Shown here in pieces: positions 58,732-64,000 of a stretch of 64,000 nucleotides of DNA. The translations under genes and the position numbers were made by a program. Location of the stretch: assembly GCA_035530275.1 (NCBI GenBank), contig DATKVC010000001.1, positions 5,791 to 69,790 on the forward strand, given 5' to 3'. The notes under the pieces are model-generated. The model was given only the letters and a program-made list of their open reading frames with translations. It was not told where the DNA came from and did no database searches. Position 1 is the stretch's first letter. Every line of letters begins with the position of its first letter. This DNA is from Rectinemataceae bacterium. GTDB lineage: Bacteria; Spirochaetota; Spirochaetia; Treponematales; Rectinemataceae.

Positions 58732-61700
58732 ATGAAAATTGAGCGTTTCTTCACTACAAAAGGAAATGGACCCTACGAGGGCATCGAATGGGTGGCTCGG
58801 ACGAGCGAAATCCGCAATCCCGACGGCAAGATCGTCTTCAAGATGGAAGGCGCGATCGTTCCCGCGAGCTGGAGTCCCATCGCCTCCGATATACTCGCGC
58901 AAAAATATTTCCGCAAGGCAGGGGTGCCCGCGGACCGGGCCGAGGAGTGGCAGAAGCATGTTCCCGCCTCGCAACTCGCCCTCGCCGGGCCCTCGCCCAA
59001 GCCGGGCGCCGAACACGACGCCCGACAGGTCTTCCACCGCCTCGCCACGACCTGGGTTCTCTGGGGCAAGTCGGAGGGCTATTTCGACTCGAAAGAGGAT
59101 GAAGAAGCCTTCTACGACGAGCTCCTCTACATGTTCGCCCGCCAGATGGCGGCCCCCAACAGCCCCCAGTGGTTCAACACGGGCCTCAACGCCGCCTACG
59201 GCATCGAAGGCCCCGCCCAGGGCCATTACTACGTCGATCCCAAGACAGGCGAGGTGACGAAGAGCGCCTCGGCCTACGCCCGCCCCCAACCCCACGCCTG
59301 CTTTATCCTCGATGTCCAGGACGACCTCGTCAACGAGGGCGGCATCATGGACCTCGTCACCCGCGAGGCGAGGCTCTTCAAATACGGATCGGGTACGGGC
59401 TCGAACTTCTCCAAGATCCGCGGCCTCAACGAATCCCTGTCCGGCGGCGGCGTCTCGAGCGGCCTCCTTTCCTTCCTCAAGATAGCCGATCGCTCGGCCT
59501 CGGCCATCAAGTCGGGCGGGACCACCCGACGAGCCGCCAAGATGGTCATCCTCGACGACGACCATCCCGACATCGAGACCTTCGTCGACTGGAAGGCCGA
59601 GGAGGAGTTCAAGGTAGCCAGCCTCGCGGCCGGCTCCGCCCTCCTCCGCCGCCACGCAGCCGACATCCTCACCGCCTTTCACGCGCCCGGCATCGACGAG
59701 GACAATCGCCTTTCCTTCACCGCCAACCCCGCCCTACGCCGAAGCGTCCGCGACGCCCTTCGCTCGGGCGTGCCGGCTCCCTGGATCCATCAGCTTCTTT
59801 CGAAAATCCGCCAGGGCGACGAGAGCCTCGAGATGCCGCACTACGACACCGCCTGGGAGGGCGAGGCCTACAACACCGTCGCGGGACAGGCTTCCAACAA
59901 TTCGGTCAGGCTTTCCAACGAATTCATGCAGGCCATGCTCGAGGACGGCGACTGGTCGATGACGGGCCGCATCAACGGCAAGACGACGAAGACCATCAAG
60001 GCCCGCGCCCTCTGGGATCGCATCGCGAAGGCGGCCTGGCAGTGCGCCGATCCGGGCCTCCAGTTCCACGGCACCGTCAACGAATGGCACACCTGCCCCG
60101 CCGACGGCGAGATCCGCGGTTCGAACCCCTGCTCCGAGTACATGTTCCTCGACGACACGGCCTGCAACCTCGCCTCCCTCAATCTCCTGACCTTCTTCGA
60201 CGCGGAGAAGGAAAGCTTCGACGACGTCGCCTACCGCCACGCCATCCGCATCTGGACCACCGTCCTCGAGATCTCGGTGGTGATGGCCCAGTTCCCCTCG
60301 AAGGAGATCGCGAAGCGAAGCTACGAGTTCCGCACCCTCGGCCTCGGCTACGCCAACCTCGGTTCCCTCCTCATGCAGATGGGCCTCGCCTACGACTCCG
60401 ACGAGGGCCGGGCCGTCGCGGCCGCCCTCTCCGCCATCCTCACGGGCGAGGCCTACGCCCAATCCGCGCGGATGGCCCGCGAGTGGGGCCCCTTCATCCG
60501 CTACGCCGCCAACCGCGACCATATGCTCCGCGTCATCCGCAACCACAGACGCGCGGCCTGGAACGCGGCCGACGCCGAGTACGAGAGCCTCACCGTCAAG
60601 CCCCAGGGACTCCGCGAGGAATTCTCGCCGAAGAACCTCGTCGACGCGGCTCGCGATTCCTGGGACGAGGCCCTCGCCTTGGGGGAGAAGCACGGCTACC
60701 GCAACGCCCAGGTCACCGCGATCGCCCCGACCGGTACGATCGGCCTCCTCATGGACTGCGACACCACGGGCGTCGAGCCCGACTACGCCCTCGTCAAATT
60801 CAAGAAACTCGCCGGCGGCGGCTACTTCAAGATCATCAACCAGAGCGTCCCCCCGGCCCTTCGCGCCCTCGGCTACGCCGAGACCGAGCTCGGAATCATC
60901 GAGACCTACGCCCTCGGCCGCGGCACACTCCGCGGCGCCCCCGGCCTTTCCTTCGAGTCCCTCCTCGCCAAGGGTCTGCCCCTCGCCTCCCTCGAAAAGG
61001 CCGAGGCCGCGATCAAAGGCGCCTTCTCCCTGGAGAGCTGCTTCGCCTCCTACGTCCTCGGCGCAGAGGCCTTCGCGGCACTCGGCATCCCCGAGGTCAC
61101 CTACAAGCTCCCCGGCTTCTCCCTGCTTCGCCATCTCGGCTACAGCGAGGACGAAATCGAGGAGGCCGAGCTCTGGGCCTGCGGCACGATGGGCGTCGAG
61201 GGAGCGCCTGGCCTCGATCCGGCGCATTACGGCGTCTTCGACACGGCCACCCCCTCGGGCAAGCGCGGCACCCGCGCCATAGCCTGGGAGGCCCACATCG
61301 CCATGATGGCGGCCGTTCAACCCTTCATAACTGGTGCTATTTCCAAGACGATCAACATGCCGAACACGGCGAGCTACGAGGACGTGAAGGGAGCCCACCT
61401 CCTCGCCTGGCGCTCGATGCTCAAGTCCATCGCCCTCTATCGCGACGGCTCCAAGCTCTCGCAGCCCCTGGCCGCCCTCGCTCCCGGAGCCGACCTCGTC
61501 GCCGACTCCATCGTCGCCCTGCAGACAGGCGATGAGGAGGACGAGGAGCCCCGGCAGTCCCCGCAGGGCGAGGCCCAGCAGCGGCTCTTCCGCGAAGAGG
61601 CGCCCGAGCTCCCCGGCCTGCCCGCGGCCCCCCGCGGAAGGCGCCGCGCCCTGCCCAACCGCCGCGCCGGCTACACGCAGAAGGCCAAGATCGCCGGTCA

Positions 61701-62331
61701 CTCCGTCTTCGTCCGCACAGGCGAATACGAGGACGGGGCCCTCGGAGAGATCTTCCTTGACATGCACAAGGAGGGAGCGGCCTTCAGGTCGATCCTCAAC
61801 TCCTTCGCCATCGCCGTGTCGCTCGGCCTGCAATACGGCGTCCCCCTCGAGGAATACGTCGACGCCTTCACCTTCACCCGCTTCGAGCCCAACGGCATGA
61901 TCCAGGGCCACGACTACATCAAGATCTCGACGAGCGTCCTCGACTACGTGTTCCGCGACCTCGCCATCGCCTACCTCCAGCGCCACGACCTCGGCCAGAT
62001 CAAACCCGAGGATCTCGAAGCCACCGGCATGCAGACGCGGACCCTGCGCAATTCCTCGGGATTCTCCCAGCCGCAGCGGGAGCGCCACGATTCCATCCAA
62101 GGCGTTCTCGGCACCCGTTCCGGCGACGAAGCCGCGGCGTCTCGCGAGACCGCGCCGCGCGAGACGACGGCCAAGCGCGCCGAGGAGCGCGCGCCTCGAG
62201 ACAGCGCCCGAACCGCGCGGATGAAAGGCTTCGAGGGCGACCCCTGCCCCGTCTGCGGCAACATGACCCTCGTCCGCAACGGAACATGCCTGAAGTGCGA
62301 GACATGTGGGTCGACTACAGGTTGTAGTTGA
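58732..62331 (+). CDS. nrdJ: class II (adenosylcobalamin-dependent) ribonucleotide reductase with C-terminal zinc-finger / redox tail
   Basis: About 1200 aa. NPCSEY active-site region and [10 protein letters not shown]-terminus [31 protein letters not shown] 58732 with a GAGGGGGGAG RBS upstream. Confidence 0.95.
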   Translation: MKIERFFTTKGNGPYEGIEWVARTSEIRNPDGKIVFKMEGAIVPASWSPIASDILAQKYFRKAGVPADRAEEWQKHVPASQLALAGPSPKPGAEHDARQVFHRLATTWVLWGKSEGYFDSKEDEEAFYDELLYMFARQMAAPNSPQWFNTGLNAAYGIEGPAQGHYYVDPKTGEVTKSASAYARPQPHACFILDVQDDLVNEGGIMDLVTREARLFKYGSGTGSNFSKIRGLNESLSGGGVSSGLLSFLKIADRSASAIKSGGTTRRAAKMVILDDDHPDIETFVDWKAEEEFKVASLAAGSALLRRHAADILTAFHAPGIDEDNRLSFTANPALRRSVRDALRSGVPAPWIHQLLSKIRQGDESLEMPHYDTAWEGEAYNTVAGQASNNSVRLSNEFMQAMLEDGDWSMTGRINGKTTKTIKARALWDRIAKAAWQCADPGLQFHGTVNEWHTCPADGEIRGSNPCSEYMFLDDTACNLASLNLLTFFDAEKESFDDVAYRHAIRIWTTVLEISVVMAQFPSKEIAKRSYEFRTLGLGYANLGSLLMQMGLAYDSDEGRAVAAALSAILTGEAYAQSARMAREWGPFIRYAANRDHMLRVIRNHRRAAWNAADAEYESLTVKPQGLREEFSPKNLVDAARDSWDEALALGEKHGYRNAQVTAIAPTGTIGLLMDCDTTGVEPDYALVKFKKLAGGGYFKIINQSVPPALRALGYAETELGIIETYALGRGTLRGAPGLSFESLLAKGLPLASLEKAEAAIKGAFSLESCFASYVLGAEAFAALGIPEVTYKLPGFSLLRHLGYSEDEIEEAELWACGTMGVEGAPGLDPAHYGVFDTATPSGKRGTRAIAWEAHIAMMAAVQPFITGAISKTINMPNTASYEDVKGAHLLAWRSMLKSIALYRDGSKLSQPLAALAPGADLVADSIVALQTGDEEDEEPRQSPQGEAQQRLFREEAPELPGLPAAPRGRRRALPNRRAGYTQKAKIAGHSVFVRTGEYEDGALGEIFLDMHKEGAAFRSILNSFAIAVSLGLQYGVPLEEYVDAFTFTRFEPNGMIQGHDYIKISTSVLDYVFRDLAIAYLQRHDLGQIKPEDLEATGMQTRTLRNSSGFSQPQRERHDSIQGVLGTRSGDEAAASRETAPRETTAKRAEERAPRDSARTARMKGFEGDPCPVCGNMTLVRNGTCLKCETCGSTTGCS

Positions 62332-62529
62332 GTCTCGCACTTCAGGCTCATAGGCCCCGCGGAATCGCGCAAGCGATTCCGCACCGCCATCGCGCAGCGA
62401 TGGCGAGGGACTTGCGGTAGCACAACTGGCTGTAGCTGAGCCTCGCGCTTCAGGCTCATAGGCCCCGACGAAGGCGCAAGCCTTCGTCACGCGATCGCGC
62501 ACGCGCGATCGCGAGGGACCTGCTTCGAT
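62305..62529 (+). repeat. tandem 108-nt modules (unit A 62305-62412, unit B 62413-62520, truncated third start at 62521), each with a [11 protein letters not shown] coding segment, a conserved 24-nt box and two hairpins
   Basis: Aligned by hand; see the first finding. Hairpins at 62359-62382, 62385-62405, 62467-62488 and 62490-62513. Confidence 0.9.
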
Positions 62530-62694
62530 GAAATCGTCTATCTTGTAGAACAAGGCCCATCGAATCCCCCCCGAAAATAAAATCTCGCGAAATTCCTTGT
62601 CCCCCTCCCCCTGGACGCGTAATTTTGTCGCCAGGAGTCTCGATCATCGCCCGCGCCACGGGCGAGCGAGTTCCGGTCTTGGATGGATACATGA

Positions 62695-64000
<1,306 letters not shown>

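Noticed and set aside
62305-62529. The 108-nt repeats as a CRISPR array or minisatellite
   Set aside because: There are only about 2.1 units. The repeat unit is longer than any spacer-like part, it is in frame with a gene and partly protein-constrained, and no cas genes are present. The hairpin stems differ between units, unlike CRISPR repeats.
59734-62553. 939-aa ORF on the minus strand
   Set aside because: It is antisense to nrdJ and runs through the downstream repeats. No domain-like sequence is present. Its openness follows from GC-rich codon usage on the sense strand.

Overview
High-GC (about two thirds G+C by eye), densely coded chromosomal window. The gene content looks spirochete-like: flaA flagellar sheath gene, a FliG paralog with an N-terminal extension, a Maf/DUF115-like gene and a spiro-SPASM-type radical SAM gene. 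Most genes are housekeeping or stress functions: metH, uvrB, htrA, lepA, thiI, nrdJ, katG (partial), tRNA-Glu, two arsenic modules, a PrpF-TctCBA-LysR tricarboxylate locus, thioredoxin/AhpD-type redox genes, a GGDEF cyclase, a 7TMR-DISM kinase with an RR-PP2C partner, and a SAS-TPR alarmone synthetase. No CRISPR array, transposase, integrase or rRNA was seen. The many long ORFs antisense to or frame-shifted against real genes are GC-driven shadows. Two things stand out. (1) Directly after the nrdJ stop codon, and in the same frame, sit two further 108-nt modules. They re-encode the CGSTTGCS-stop redox tail with only synonymous changes and carry twin hairpins with fully compensatory stem changes. 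(2) A seven-gene, translationally coupled minus-strand operon (58442 to 50051) runs spiro-SPASM, GT-A-like, SpsF-like, PseG-like/methyltransferase fusion, ATP-grasp, amidase, GerMN. It sits just upstream of flaA and I cannot map it to a characterised pathway. A small low-GC islet carries mazEF. All functional calls come from motif recognition by eye; no searches were run.
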